From: Escherichia phage OLB35
DNA length: 64,000 nucleotides
Sequence record: MH992122.1
Strand: one strand, 5' to 3'
Under the pieces are notes generated by a model that did no database searches, was not told the origin of the DNA, and worked only from the letters and a program-made list of their open reading frames with translations. The translations under genes were made by a program, and so were the position numbers. This document shows, piece after piece, positions 33,390 to 43,525 of the stretch. Position 1 is the stretch's first letter. Each line of letters begins with the position of its first letter.

Positions 33390-33853
33390 AAAGAGTCTCT
33401 TAATAGGTTTAACACATCAATAAATTCAGCTTCAGTTAGTATTGTATCATCTTTTGTTAGGTGGCTAGCCATGCTGTGCTTCAAAATTTTTCCTTTAGAG
33501 GCTTGTAAGGCATCACGAAACCCCTTATTTTGGATCGCGGCTTCAAAATATGCATTTGTGTATAATTCTTTCCACGCTTCGGAGTATCTTGAAAACGGAA
33601 CTCCTAACCAGAAGAGAGTTCCATGGTCCTGGGCTCTTGCATAAGACCTTCCAGCTTGCTGTGCAGCCAATCCAGACAACCCAAATATACGTCTTTGTTG
33701 TTCAACATTTTTCACCTTACATCCTTGGAGAAATCCTTCAAGACCTCCGAATTGAATACCATCCATAACAAAAGGCCATTGAGCAAAGTTACTTAATGCA
33801 CATGACGGCCACTTGAAATTACTTCTTATTTCTAATTCAGACATCTTTAACAC
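33386..33853 (-). CDS. NADAR / YbiA-like domain protein (30.3-like position)
   Basis: LSNFAQWPFVMDGIQFGGLEGFLQGCKV aligns with the YbiA core FSNFAAWP..DG...SEHYFQAQKF recalled from E. coli; ATGA overlap with the downstream HAD-like gene. Confidence 0.65.
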   Translation of the reverse strand: MLKMSELEIRSNFKWPSCALSNFAQWPFVMDGIQFGGLEGFLQGCKVKNVEQQRRIFGLSGLAAQQAGRSYARAQDHGTLFWLGVPFSRYSEAWKELYTNAYFEAAIQNKGFRDALQASKGKILKHSMASHLTKDDTILTEAEFIDVLNLLRDSL

Positions 33854-34049
33854 TTATAATTTCAACATCAGCCCAATGGCCGTAACTAGGCAGACGGTCT
33901 TCAATAGATAAACCACCGTCATTTTTAAGCATTTTAATTGTCTTGATAAATGGTTCATCCTGTGGATGAATAGGCGAGCAGTCAGTTACACGATAAGTAA
34001 CTTCGATCATTTCTGTACCAAACAATTTCTGGATTAGTTTTTTAAGCAT
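33837..34049 (-). CDS. Hypothetical protein
   Basis: 70-aa ORF in the early 30.x cluster. Confidence 0.5.
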   Translation of the reverse strand: MLKKLIQKLFGTEMIEVTYRVTDCSPIHPQDEPFIKTIKMLKNDGGLSIEDRLPSYGHWADVEIISVKDV

Positions 34050-34053
34050 TTTA

Positions 34054-34341
34054 TTAGAACCTCATCTGAAAGCCATGTGATTTAACATTACCGCCGCCAA
34101 TATCAGAAATGTTAATTTCACTTGCAATCGAAGGATCGATGTCAATTTCACGATTAAGTTTAGTGATAGCTAAAGTATCATGCCCATTTACTGTACGAAA
34201 CTCCAAAGGACATACTACGTTGACATAGTGTTTAATTGACTCGCTAGTAGGTTGCAAATGGACCGGAAGGTCTTTAGGTGCTTTAGAGAAAACAACTTCA
34301 CAAAAGTTTTTGCGGGTATCAAAATAAGTGGTCATAAACAT
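34054..34341 (-). CDS. Hypothetical protein
   Basis: 95-aa ORF in the early 30.x cluster. Confidence 0.5.
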   Translation of the reverse strand: MFMTTYFDTRKNFCEVVFSKAPKDLPVHLQPTSESIKHYVNVVCPLEFRTVNGHDTLAITKLNREIDIDPSIASEINISDIGGGNVKSHGFQMRF

Positions 34342-34357
34342 AATATTTTCCTCAATT

Positions 34358-34373
34358 GGGAGCCGAAGCTCCC
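34358..34373 (-). terminator. Hairpin GGGAGC-UUCG-GCUCCC within the early 30.x cluster
   Basis: 6-bp stem with tetraloop in an intergenic gap. Confidence 0.5.
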
Positions 34374-34380
34374 AGTTAAA

Positions 34381-34746
34381 TTAGATATCGAATTCATTAA
34401 GAACTACATCAAAGATTGCTTCGAGATGTTCAGGTTTAGCTCGGTTACTCAGGATATGACGAATCCAAGTTTTAACCAAAAGTTTACGATTAACACCGTT
34501 CCAGCAAGGATGAGTACCTAAATCACGCTGACGGAAATCATCATCTAATGCAATTTTAAAATTTGAACCTTCCATCGTGATTGAAACCGTGATGCCATTT
34601 TCAAATCGCATATAAACGTAATTAGGAGTCATGCACTGTTCGATTTCACAAACTGTACCGTTTTTGTGTTTCCATAAGCAAATAACTTCAGAAGAACCAG
34701 CGATACCGTTAGAAACATATTTACGTTCGAAGTTGATGTAGTTCAT
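34381..34746 (-). CDS. Hypothetical protein
   Basis: 121-aa ORF preceded by the early promoter motif at 34788-34816. Confidence 0.55.
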   Translation of the reverse strand: MNYINFERKYVSNGIAGSSEVICLWKHKNGTVCEIEQCMTPNYVYMRFENGITVSITMEGSNFKIALDDDFRQRDLGTHPCWNGVNRKLLVKTWIRHILSNRAKPEHLEAIFDVVLNEFDI

Positions 34747-34787
34747 TTTATTCTCCAGATGTTTAAGTTGTTTGTTAGTACAGGTCT

Positions 34788-34816
34788 ATAATAACATAAC
34801 CTGTACCAAAGTAAAC
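34788..34816 (-). promoter_or_regulatory. Early-type promoter (GTTTAC / TATTAT)
   Basis: GTTTAC, 17-nt spacer, TATTAT upstream of the ORF starting at 34746. Confidence 0.55.
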
Positions 34817-34820
34817 TGTT

Positions 34821-35189
34821 TTATGCAACTTTAATCCAATTGTCTAAATTTAAAACACCTTTGGCTTTCATTTTTTCGATCAGGTTATCTGCTGTAATGC
34901 GTCCATTTTGATACCATGTAACATCTTCAGAGTAACCAGTTTCTTCGTCAACATATGTTTCTGAACGAATTTTACCTGTAATAATAGTTTTTAATTCGTA
35001 TGTGTCACCTGTGAAAAAGTTTGCTAACACAATTTTCCAAGAGAAATCATTTGAAGGACCTTCAGGAGTTGTACAACCTACGATCTCAAATTGCTCTTTG
35101 TATAACATCCACTGGAATTCTTTAATTTCGATAGCTTTATAACCGTCGTGGTCTTTACATTTGATGTATGAGTTCAGGTTGATTTTCAT
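34821..35189 (-). CDS. Hypothetical protein
   Basis: 122-aa ORF preceded by the early promoter motif at 35232-35260. Confidence 0.55.
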   Translation of the reverse strand: MKINLNSYIKCKDHDGYKAIEIKEFQWMLYKEQFEIVGCTTPEGPSNDFSWKIVLANFFTGDTYELKTIITGKIRSETYVDEETGYSEDVTWYQNGRITADNLIEKMKAKGVLNLDNWIKVA

Positions 35190-35231
35190 TTTGTTCTCCA
35201 GTTTGTTTTATTGATTAGGTGGTACAAGTCT

Positions 35232-35260
35232 ATAGTAACACATCCTACAGGAGAGTAAAC
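35232..35260 (-). promoter_or_regulatory. Early-type promoter (GTTTAC / TACTAT)
   Basis: GTTTAC, 17-nt spacer, TACTAT upstream of the ORF starting at 35189. Confidence 0.55.
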
Positions 35261-35296
35261 ATTTTTTTAAACTTTTTCTGCCCTAAACGCACAAAA

Positions 35297-35314
35297 GGGA
35301 GACCGAAGTCTCCC
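35297..35314 (-). terminator. Terminator GGGAGAC-UUCG-GUCUCCC after the small basic ORF
   Basis: Minus-strand hairpin followed by UUUUGUGCGUUU. Confidence 0.7.
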
Positions 35315-35319
35315 TAAAA

Positions 35320-35496
35320 TTATGCAACAACCTTTCCAAAACGAGAAGCATCATCTCGAAGAACTGCACGTGCTCTGCGCATGATCTTCTCAACTGTTTG
35401 ATTAATACGAGAGTTCGACCCACGCTTGTATCCAGCGCGTTTAGAATCACCGACTTTCTTTTCAACTGCTTTCTTTGCTTTAGTTTGTTTTGCCAT
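35320..35496 (-). CDS. Hypothetical small basic protein (58 aa; below the 60-aa cut-off of the ORF track)
   Basis: Hand-translated: MAKQTKAKKAVEKKVGDSKRAGYKRGSNSRINQTVEKIMRRARAVLRDDASRFGKVVA; AAAGAG SD-like upstream; followed by terminator hairpin 35297-35314. Confidence 0.45.
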   Translation of the reverse strand: MAKQTKAKKAVEKKVGDSKRAGYKRGSNSRINQTVEKIMRRARAVLRDDASRFGKVVA

Positions 35497-35713
35497 TATA
35501 AATTCTCTTTAAATGAAAATGCAGGACTTATTGACATTGCCTGCTCAAGCCCTCAAGGGGAACATAGGTTTTGGATATTTAACGACAGGATAACCATAAA
35601 CCCGTCATCATACCATATAGCTCTTATCTGTTGGGGGTAGCATGCACTTACCGCTATAAGAACAACATTCAAGAGGTACACCGTAAAACTGCCGGGGTCT
35701 TATTCTAAAATAT

Positions 35714-35731
35714 AATGATTCGCAAATCATT
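35714..35731 (-). terminator. Terminator hairpin AAUGAUU-UGCG-AAUCAUU plus U-tract after rIII
   Basis: 7-bp stem followed on the minus strand by AUAUUUUAG. Confidence 0.6.
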
Positions 35732-35763
35732 AATCAGACAATTCGACGGCTCCTCGATTTAAC

Positions 35764-36012
35764 TTACTTCAGGGTAATAACAAAATGACGTACTGCTTTA
35801 CGAGCTGCTGAAGCCAAAGGCTTAGCATATTTCAGTTCATCTTTTGCTTCCAGTTCAGCAGCCAGAGTAGCCTGAGCAGGATTCAGATGTTTGAAATACT
35901 GTAAGATTTCCAGTGCTTCGGCTTCAACATCAATTGAAGCGCCGTAGTTTTCGTGACCGTTATTCCATGCGTTGCGTTGCAGATCAAGAGCGTGTTGTAG
36001 TTGTTTAATCAT
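35764..36012 (-). CDS. rIII: rIII lysis-inhibition accessory protein
   Basis: 82 aa as in T4; adjacent to gene 31. Confidence 0.85.
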   Translation of the reverse strand: MIKQLQHALDLQRNAWNNGHENYGASIDVEAEALEILQYFKHLNPAQATLAAELEAKDELKYAKPLASAARKAVRHFVITLK

Positions 36013-36136
36013 TTTAAATTCTCAATTCGAGATAATATTTAGTAGCCACGTTCGTCTGAATTTCACCTTCTTTCGACAAGTCTCTCAGTTGTAGGCTACC
36101 GCTTAGAAGAGTGTTCTCTTCATATAGTTATTTATA

Positions 36137-36469
36137 TCACTTATAAAGACACGGAATAGCTTTATAGTGGCATGTTACGAATTTCTGTTTAATTTCTTTA
36201 GGTTGTTTAAGTCCCAAAGCCACAAATGGATGTGGAACATTTCGAATTTGTCCAACTGGTAGTGGAGTCAAATCACCGACTTCAACAAAACCTTCAGGAA
36301 CATCAGGACCTACAGAATGAACTACACATAGTTCAGGAACTTCACCTTGAACACGTTTACCAATCACAAGTCCTGATTCGGTAACTTCTTCATCACCTGC
36401 TTGAGCGGGTTCAGAAACCAGAATGACATATTCACCAACAGCACGAATTGGGAGTTGTACTTCAGACAT
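36137..36469 (-). CDS. 31: Co-chaperonin gp31 (GroES analogue)
   Basis: 110 aa (T4 111); position between rIII and cd. Confidence 0.9.
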   Translation of the reverse strand: MSEVQLPIRAVGEYVILVSEPAQAGDEEVTESGLVIGKRVQGEVPELCVVHSVGPDVPEGFVEVGDLTPLPVGQIRNVPHPFVALGLKQPKEIKQKFVTCHYKAIPCLYK

Positions 36470-36526
36470 CTTATTTCCTTGTTGTTTGACGATAGATTAA
36501 TAATACCATACTATTCGTAAAGCATA

Positions 36527-36835
36527 TTACATAAGAAGCAAACGTTCGACCGGAGTACCATCAACCGAAATTACTTTATCAAGGCGGAAAGAACGCCACT
36601 GACCTAACTTGGTATCGAATGCTCGAACTGATTCACGAGGTTCAGAACGAACTTCTGTTGATGGGTTACTATTTTCATATTTGACTTCAAGTTCATCGCG
36701 CGAAGCAAACATCGTACGAACATCACCGTTAGCCTTTTCAAATACAACACAATGAACGCCTACAGACAGAATAGTTTTAATACGTTCACGAAGAACCATA
36801 GTTTCTTGTTCAGTTAAAATCATATTATTCACCAC
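36527..36835 (-). CDS. Hypothetical protein (31.1-like position)
   Basis: 102-aa ORF between cd and 31. Confidence 0.6.
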   Translation of the reverse strand: MVNNMILTEQETMVLRERIKTILSVGVHCVVFEKANGDVRTMFASRDELEVKYENSNPSTEVRSEPRESVRAFDTKLGQWRSFRLDKVISVDGTPVERLLLM

Positions 36836-37406
36836 AAAAGTTTCGGATTTGTTCCCAATTCAGAGAACGAAGATTATTACGAGAGTACTGAATTACTTCA
36901 ATACCAGCTTGTTTTAGAATATCTGCCCAATTTTCAGGAGATCGGTCGTATAATTCTGCGTATACGACCTTTTTAATACCTGACTGCGTAATAGCTTTAG
37001 TACAATCAGGACATGGAGAAAGCGTCGTATATAACGTAGCACCTTCAATAGAATTACCTTTACGAGCGGCAAACAAAATTGCATTCAATTCTGCATGGAT
37101 TTCATTATTAGCAGACCATGCACTATGAGCAGCTCGATGTTCTTTGGCTAAAACAAAATTATCTACCCGTCCAAATGCTGTAGTGCCTTCTTTATGTCCA
37201 GCAACGATGACCGGACTTGGTTTATTCTTCAACCAACCATTTTCAGATGCATGTTCGCAACAGTTAACGCCACCTGCAGGTGAACCGTTATATCCAGTAG
37301 AGATAATGCGTCCATCTTTTTCAATGACGGCACCAACTTTCCATGAACAACATTTTGATTCTTGAGAAATCAGATATGCAATCTGAAGGTATGTGCTAGC
37401 TTTCAT
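36825..37406 (-). CDS. cd: dCMP deaminase
   Basis: 193 aa as in T4; zinc-binding deaminase motifs HAE and PCPDC. Confidence 0.95.
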   Translation of the reverse strand: MKASTYLQIAYLISQESKCCSWKVGAVIEKDGRIISTGYNGSPAGGVNCCEHASENGWLKNKPSPVIVAGHKEGTTAFGRVDNFVLAKEHRAAHSAWSANNEIHAELNAILFAARKGNSIEGATLYTTLSPCPDCTKAITQSGIKKVVYAELYDRSPENWADILKQAGIEVIQYSRNNLRSLNWEQIRNFCGE

Positions 37407-38398
37407 TATTGAACCTTATTAATATAAGTTAACAGCTCTTTAGTTTGTTCCCAACTGATGCACGCATCGGTAACGGAAACGCCATAGGACATATTATTAG
37501 AAATTTTTTGATTTCCTTCATGTAGGAACGATTCTATCATAATTCCTTTGACCAAATCATTAGCTGCTAAATTTTTACCAATACCAATTTGATTGCTATA
37601 ATGCCCATCAGCGTTTGCATGGCTACAGTCAACCATTACATAATGATTCAGACCTACTGCCCTTGCTTTGTTAGAAGCTTCTTGAATATCAGAAGAATGA
37701 TAGTTCGGGCCGTTGGTCCCGCCACGCAATACGATATGCGTATTCTGATTACCTTCAGCTTCAACAATGCCTACAGTACCATCGACGTCCATACCCATAT
37801 ACCGATGAGGCCAGGCGGCACTATACATCGCGTCTGTAGCTACTTTAATAGAACCATTGGTTGCGTTCTTGAAGCCTACGCACATCGGTAGACCCGAAGC
37901 AATTTCACGATGTGTCTGACTTTCAGTCGTACGGGCGCCAATAGCAACCCATGAGAAAATACCAGAAAGATACTTAATCGTGAATGGGTCTAATACTTCA
38001 GTTGCTAATGGAAGTCCCATACGTAGAAGTTTACGACACAATGTTCGTGCAACTATAAGACCGTGGTTCATATCAAAACTTCCGTCAAGATATGGATCAT
38101 TTACAAGACCTTTCCAACCTACGGTAGTTCGAGGCTTTTCAAAATAAACGCGCATCACTAACAGAACATTAGGAAGACGAGTTTGAAGTTCAGCCAGACG
38201 TTTGCCGTATTCAACCGCAGCAATAGGGTCATGAATTGAACAAGGACCTACAACAATAAGTTTGCGTGGGTCTTCACCGTTCATAATCGAATTAACTTGT
38301 TCGCGATGAGAAGCCACTTGTGATGCGTAAGCTTCCGACAAAGGAATAATCTCAGCCAGTTCTTTTGGAGAAATAAGTTTTCCGACGACAGGTAACAT
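37406..38398 (-). CDS. 3-deoxy-7-phosphoheptulonate (DAHP) synthase, class I (AroG/AroF-like)
   Basis: 330 aa; long collinear blocks match E. coli AroG as recalled: LIVVGPCSIHDP, VMRVYFEKPRTTVGWKGL, AIGARTTESQTHRE, VGFKN.T.G.IKVA, ILRGG..PNY, and the C-terminal HEGNQ...SITDACI.WE.T; stop overlaps the cd start (TAATG). Confidence 0.9.
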   Translation of the reverse strand: MLPVVGKLISPKELAEIIPLSEAYASQVASHREQVNSIMNGEDPRKLIVVGPCSIHDPIAAVEYGKRLAELQTRLPNVLLVMRVYFEKPRTTVGWKGLVNDPYLDGSFDMNHGLIVARTLCRKLLRMGLPLATEVLDPFTIKYLSGIFSWVAIGARTTESQTHREIASGLPMCVGFKNATNGSIKVATDAMYSAAWPHRYMGMDVDGTVGIVEAEGNQNTHIVLRGGTNGPNYHSSDIQEASNKARAVGLNHYVMVDCSHANADGHYSNQIGIGKNLAANDLVKGIMIESFLHEGNQKISNNMSYGVSVTDACISWEQTKELLTYINKVQ

Positions 38399-38518
38399 AA
38401 CAATCCTTAGGAGATATAAACAGATTCTGATTCAACAATACCTTTAACCGGATTAGACAGGCTAAGTTGGTAGTGCTCAGATTTATGACCATTCTCGATA
38501 GTAATGAGATAGCTCTCA

Positions 38519-38755
38519 TTATAGTGTTCCATATACTCGAGTTGCTTCAACAAGACCATCACTGCCTAATTTAAGATTAGTAATTTGGTCACCATCTTTA
38601 GGATTAACGATTATGAGAAAAGAACGTGGAGATTCTTGAATAACTCGTAATGTTGCATCCTGGAAACGTTCAGACACTTTATTGATGAGTGCTTGAGCAA
38701 ATTCTTTTACTTTAATCTGAAATTCGTGTACTGTAATTGGATTTTCACTTAGCAT
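38519..38755 (-). CDS. Hypothetical protein (cd.x-like island)
   Basis: 78-aa ORF; early promoter motif 38773-38802 upstream. Confidence 0.5.
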   Translation of the reverse strand: MLSENPITVHEFQIKVKEFAQALINKVSERFQDATLRVIQESPRSFLIIVNPKDGDQITNLKLGSDGLVEATRVYGTL

Positions 38756-38772
38756 TTCAATTTCCTCATTGT

Positions 38773-38802
38773 TGGTAGAGTCATCATATCACAACTCTAC
38801 GG
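38773..38802 (-). promoter_or_regulatory. Early-type promoter (GTTTAC / TATGAT)
   Basis: GTTTAC, 18-nt spacer, TATGAT upstream of the ORF starting at 38755. Confidence 0.5.
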
Positions 38803-38812
38803 TGTTGTAAAC

Positions 38813-39088
38813 TTAAATTGCAAAACATTTAATTTCTTGTGAATCGAAATCAACTTCACACTGAATTACTAGTTCAGCATCAAGACCAAACACAACAATC
38901 ACATGAGCCGAGCTGGGCAACAATGTAACAGACACAGAATCCACTTGGTCAGGCACCAGAGTATTCAAAACGTAGAGTAGTTCAGAGTGGACCTTAAGCT
39001 CGGTAGCAGTATCCAGCTTATCAAAGAAATGATTTGCGATAATCTGACTAAAAACGACCTTTACAATTTCAGAATATTTAGGGAACAT
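38813..39088 (-). CDS. Hypothetical protein (cd.x-like island)
   Basis: 91-aa ORF. Confidence 0.5.
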   Translation of the reverse strand: MFPKYSEIVKVVFSQIIANHFFDKLDTATELKVHSELLYVLNTLVPDQVDSVSVTLLPSSAHVIVVFGLDAELVIQCEVDFDSQEIKCFAI

Positions 39089-39095
39089 AATTACC

Positions 39096-39320
39096 TCAGT
39101 GTACAGTATTTACTTTAACTCTAACGACAAATTGCTCGGTCGGTTCGCCTACAGGAACAAACTCTACATGATATTCGCCTTTGTAACGAGTATTCAGGTC
39201 GTTACGAATTTCGGTAAGCTTGTTGATTAATGTAGAACTCATATTAAGTCCTACTAATTTACGAAGCATTTTGTATGCTTCATCTTCGATTTCATGATGT
39301 TTATCGTACATAATTTTCAT
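39096..39320 (-). CDS. Hypothetical protein (cd.x-like island)
   Basis: 74-aa ORF. Confidence 0.5.
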   Translation of the reverse strand: MKIMYDKHHEIEDEAYKMLRKLVGLNMSSTLINKLTEIRNDLNTRYKGEYHVEFVPVGEPTEQFVVRVKVNTVH

Positions 39321-39491
39321 TTAACCATTCAATTGCCTGGTCGACGTTATCAAATATACCACCGTCCAAACGTTCTTCATGCTCATAGTCCAGCACATCA
39401 ATACCGAACTGTCCATTTACTAAAGGCCAGGCTACAAACAAATATTCTTTATGCTGTTCGATGGCCTCAATCACTTCATATAATCGTTTCA

Positions 39492-39492
<1 letters not shown>
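39301..39492 (-). CDS. Hypothetical protein (cd.x-like island)
   Basis: 63-aa acidic ORF immediately downstream of pseT. Confidence 0.5.
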
Positions 39493-40578
<1,086 letters not shown>

Positions 40579-40579
<1 letters not shown>

Positions 40580-40878
40580 TATTTTATTCCTAAGAAAGTT
40601 TCAAGAATACGAATGTTATGCTCGCGTCGGTCTTTATTAATTTCAGCAACGTTTTTATTAATTGACGTACTTCTAACGTTTGAAGAAATAAATTTAATCA
40701 TATGACTTTTGAGTTGTTGCAAATCCAACCCTTTTTCTTTAGCAGCTTTACGAAGAGCTTTACCTGCTTCATCTAGTGCCTTTGCAGCATCTTTGTCATA
40801 ATTGTCAAGTGACGTTCCACGGCAGATATCAATATACTCATCAGACCGTTTTATGTAATTCTCTAGTAATGTTTTCAT
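40579..40878 (-). CDS. Hypothetical protein
   Basis: 99-aa ORF; consensus early promoter 40907-40936 upstream. Confidence 0.5.
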
Positions 40879-40906
40879 TTAGATTTCCTCAATTATCCAT
40901 AGGAGC

Positions 40907-40936
40907 ATTATACTCTGCTCCCGAGAGTTTGTAAAC
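40907..40936 (-). promoter_or_regulatory. Early-type promoter (GTTTAC / TATAAT)
   Basis: GTTTAC, 18-nt spacer, consensus TATAAT upstream of the ORF starting at 40878. Confidence 0.6.
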
Positions 40937-41160
40937 TATTTTACTAAAGATTCGATATACTCATGAAGAGCTTTAGTCGCTACTGCCCACTTGTTCTGAT
41001 ATTCATTTTTCAGATTAGCACGAGACTGAACTAACAAGCGGTCATTAGTCGGAGGCAAAGATTCTAATCGTTGAATCTGGCGCCCATAAATCATAGCCGC
41101 CATTTCAGATTCATAGATAAGCCCTTTAATGTATTCATGCTGTTCTTTAGTCATTGGCAT
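40936..41160 (-). CDS. Hypothetical protein
   Basis: 74-aa ORF. Confidence 0.5.
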   Translation of the reverse strand: MPMTKEQHEYIKGLIYESEMAAMIYGRQIQRLESLPPTNDRLLVQSRANLKNEYQNKWAVATKALHEYIESLVK

Positions 41161-41441
41161 TTTTCCTCTTTTAAACCACTACGATAATAACATAACATAG
41201 TCTTCTGGTCATGTACATATCTTTTTACGTCGTTTAACCAGATACGAAATTCTTGAGAGTCTTCAAATGGCATTCCAACCCATGGATTACCATCAATAAC
41301 CTTTACTTGCCATTTCTGGTTATATTCAACAATAGATTCAGGCCATTGCGGATGTAAAGTTTCTTTAGGGCTTAAGGGCACATCCTGGGCACATCCAGCC
41401 AAAATACCAATAGATAATACAACTGCGGCTAATTTAATCAT
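41151..41441 (-). CDS. Outer-membrane spanin (o-spanin, Rz1-like lipoprotein)
   Basis: Signal peptide with lipobox LAGC at residues 15-18 (MIKLAAVVLSIGILAGCAQ); overlaps the upstream i-spanin gene. Confidence 0.7.
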   Translation of the reverse strand: MIKLAAVVLSIGILAGCAQDVPLSPKETLHPQWPESIVEYNQKWQVKVIDGNPWVGMPFEDSQEFRIWLNDVKRYVHDQKTMLCYYRSGLKEEKCQ

Positions 41442-41794
41442 TCTGAGAGCTTCCTGAGGTCTTCTGCAAAGGAATCGAAGGACCTGTTGATTTGTTTTTC
41501 GACCAATCCTGGCTTACTTGCCACCACGTTCTTCTTCTTCGAATCCTTACGGAGCTTTTCATTTTCAGCCTTAAGTTGGTCAACTAAAACACGGTTCTTA
41601 TAAGTCATTTCTTCGATTGACTGATATTGAACTTTGAAGTCGTCTAATACTTTAGCATTGTTTTTAGCAGCCTCTTTAACAGAGGCTAATTCAGTATTCA
41701 ACGAATCAACTTTGTTGTTTAAGACAACTATTGTTACCGTAGAAACTAGAGCAAAAGCTGCTACTATAGCATAAATCGGATTTACTTTAAGCAT
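41438..41794 (-). CDS. Inner-membrane spanin (i-spanin, Rz-like)
   Basis: N-terminal transmembrane helix (IYAIVAAFALVSTVTIVVL) followed by a charged coiled-coil-like periplasmic region; adjacent lipoprotein partner. Confidence 0.7.
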   Translation of the reverse strand: MLKVNPIYAIVAAFALVSTVTIVVLNNKVDSLNTELASVKEAAKNNAKVLDDFKVQYQSIEEMTYKNRVLVDQLKAENEKLRKDSKKKNVVASKPGLVEKQINRSFDSFAEDLRKLSE

Positions 41795-42282
41795 GTTTTA
41801 ATAATCTCAATGATTTCATCTCGGGATAATCCATTGATAAGAACGGTTTTCAAACCATCACACTGGATTTTGTACGATTCAAACATTACACACAACTCTT
41901 CTGCTGTATGATACGGGCTTGAAATTCCGAGACGGTTGAATTTGTCGGTAAGAGGGTCGCAAATGATGTAGAATTTTATACCTGCGATATGTACGTTTGG
42001 TTGACTAATATTAATGAACACATTAGCGTCATATTTAGTCAAATTGTTTTGAAGAAATTCAACCATGGCATTAACCGCTTCCGGCATTGCTTCACGTTTT
42101 TCTTCAGCGTATCGAGTAGAATACTCTTTTTGTTTTACTTTCTTTTTAAGATTTTTGGCCAGTGTAACACGGAGGTCAGTAAGATAACCAACCGGACGTC
42201 CTTTCTTAAAGACTCGGATTCCGTCAGTTGTGTCTCCAAAAGCGGTTACGACCATATCGTTAGTAATCAATTGCATATTCAT
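41782..42282 (-). CDS. alc: Alc (inhibitor of host transcription on cytosine-containing DNA)
   Basis: Start placed at the internal Met (MNMQLITND...), giving 167 aa as in T4 Alc; lies between rnlA and the spanins. Confidence 0.85.
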   Translation of the reverse strand: MNMQLITNDMVVTAFGDTTDGIRVFKKGRPVGYLTDLRVTLAKNLKKKVKQKEYSTRYAEEKREAMPEAVNAMVEFLQNNLTKYDANVFINISQPNVHIAGIKFYIICDPLTDKFNRLGISSPYHTAEELCVMFESYKIQCDGLKTVLINGLSRDEIIEIIKTCLK

Positions 42283-42312
42283 AATTTTCTCCTCGTGTTG
42301 TTGATAAAAGCC

Positions 42313-42342
42313 ATAGTAACACCATCCTTGGTGTTTGTAAAC
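42313..42342 (-). promoter_or_regulatory. Early-type promoter (GTTTAC / TACTAT) for alc
   Basis: Lies across the rnlA stop, upstream of the alc start at 42282. Confidence 0.55.
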
Positions 42343-42344
42343 CA

Positions 42345-43478
<1,134 letters not shown>

Positions 43479-43495
43479 TCAGTTAGTTTTTTTAA

Positions 43496-43525
43496 ATTGT
43501 ACCACAATCCTTGTGGTATGTAAAC
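43496..43525 (-). promoter_or_regulatory. Early-type promoter (GTTTAC / TACAAT) for rnlA
   Basis: GTTTAC overlaps the denA stop codon; 18-nt spacer; TACAAT. Confidence 0.55.

Noticed and set aside
35398-35640. 80-aa plus-strand ORF in the rIII-proximal non-coding region
   Set aside because: Opposite to local transcription, no SD, overlaps hairpins; the region is better explained as structured RNA.
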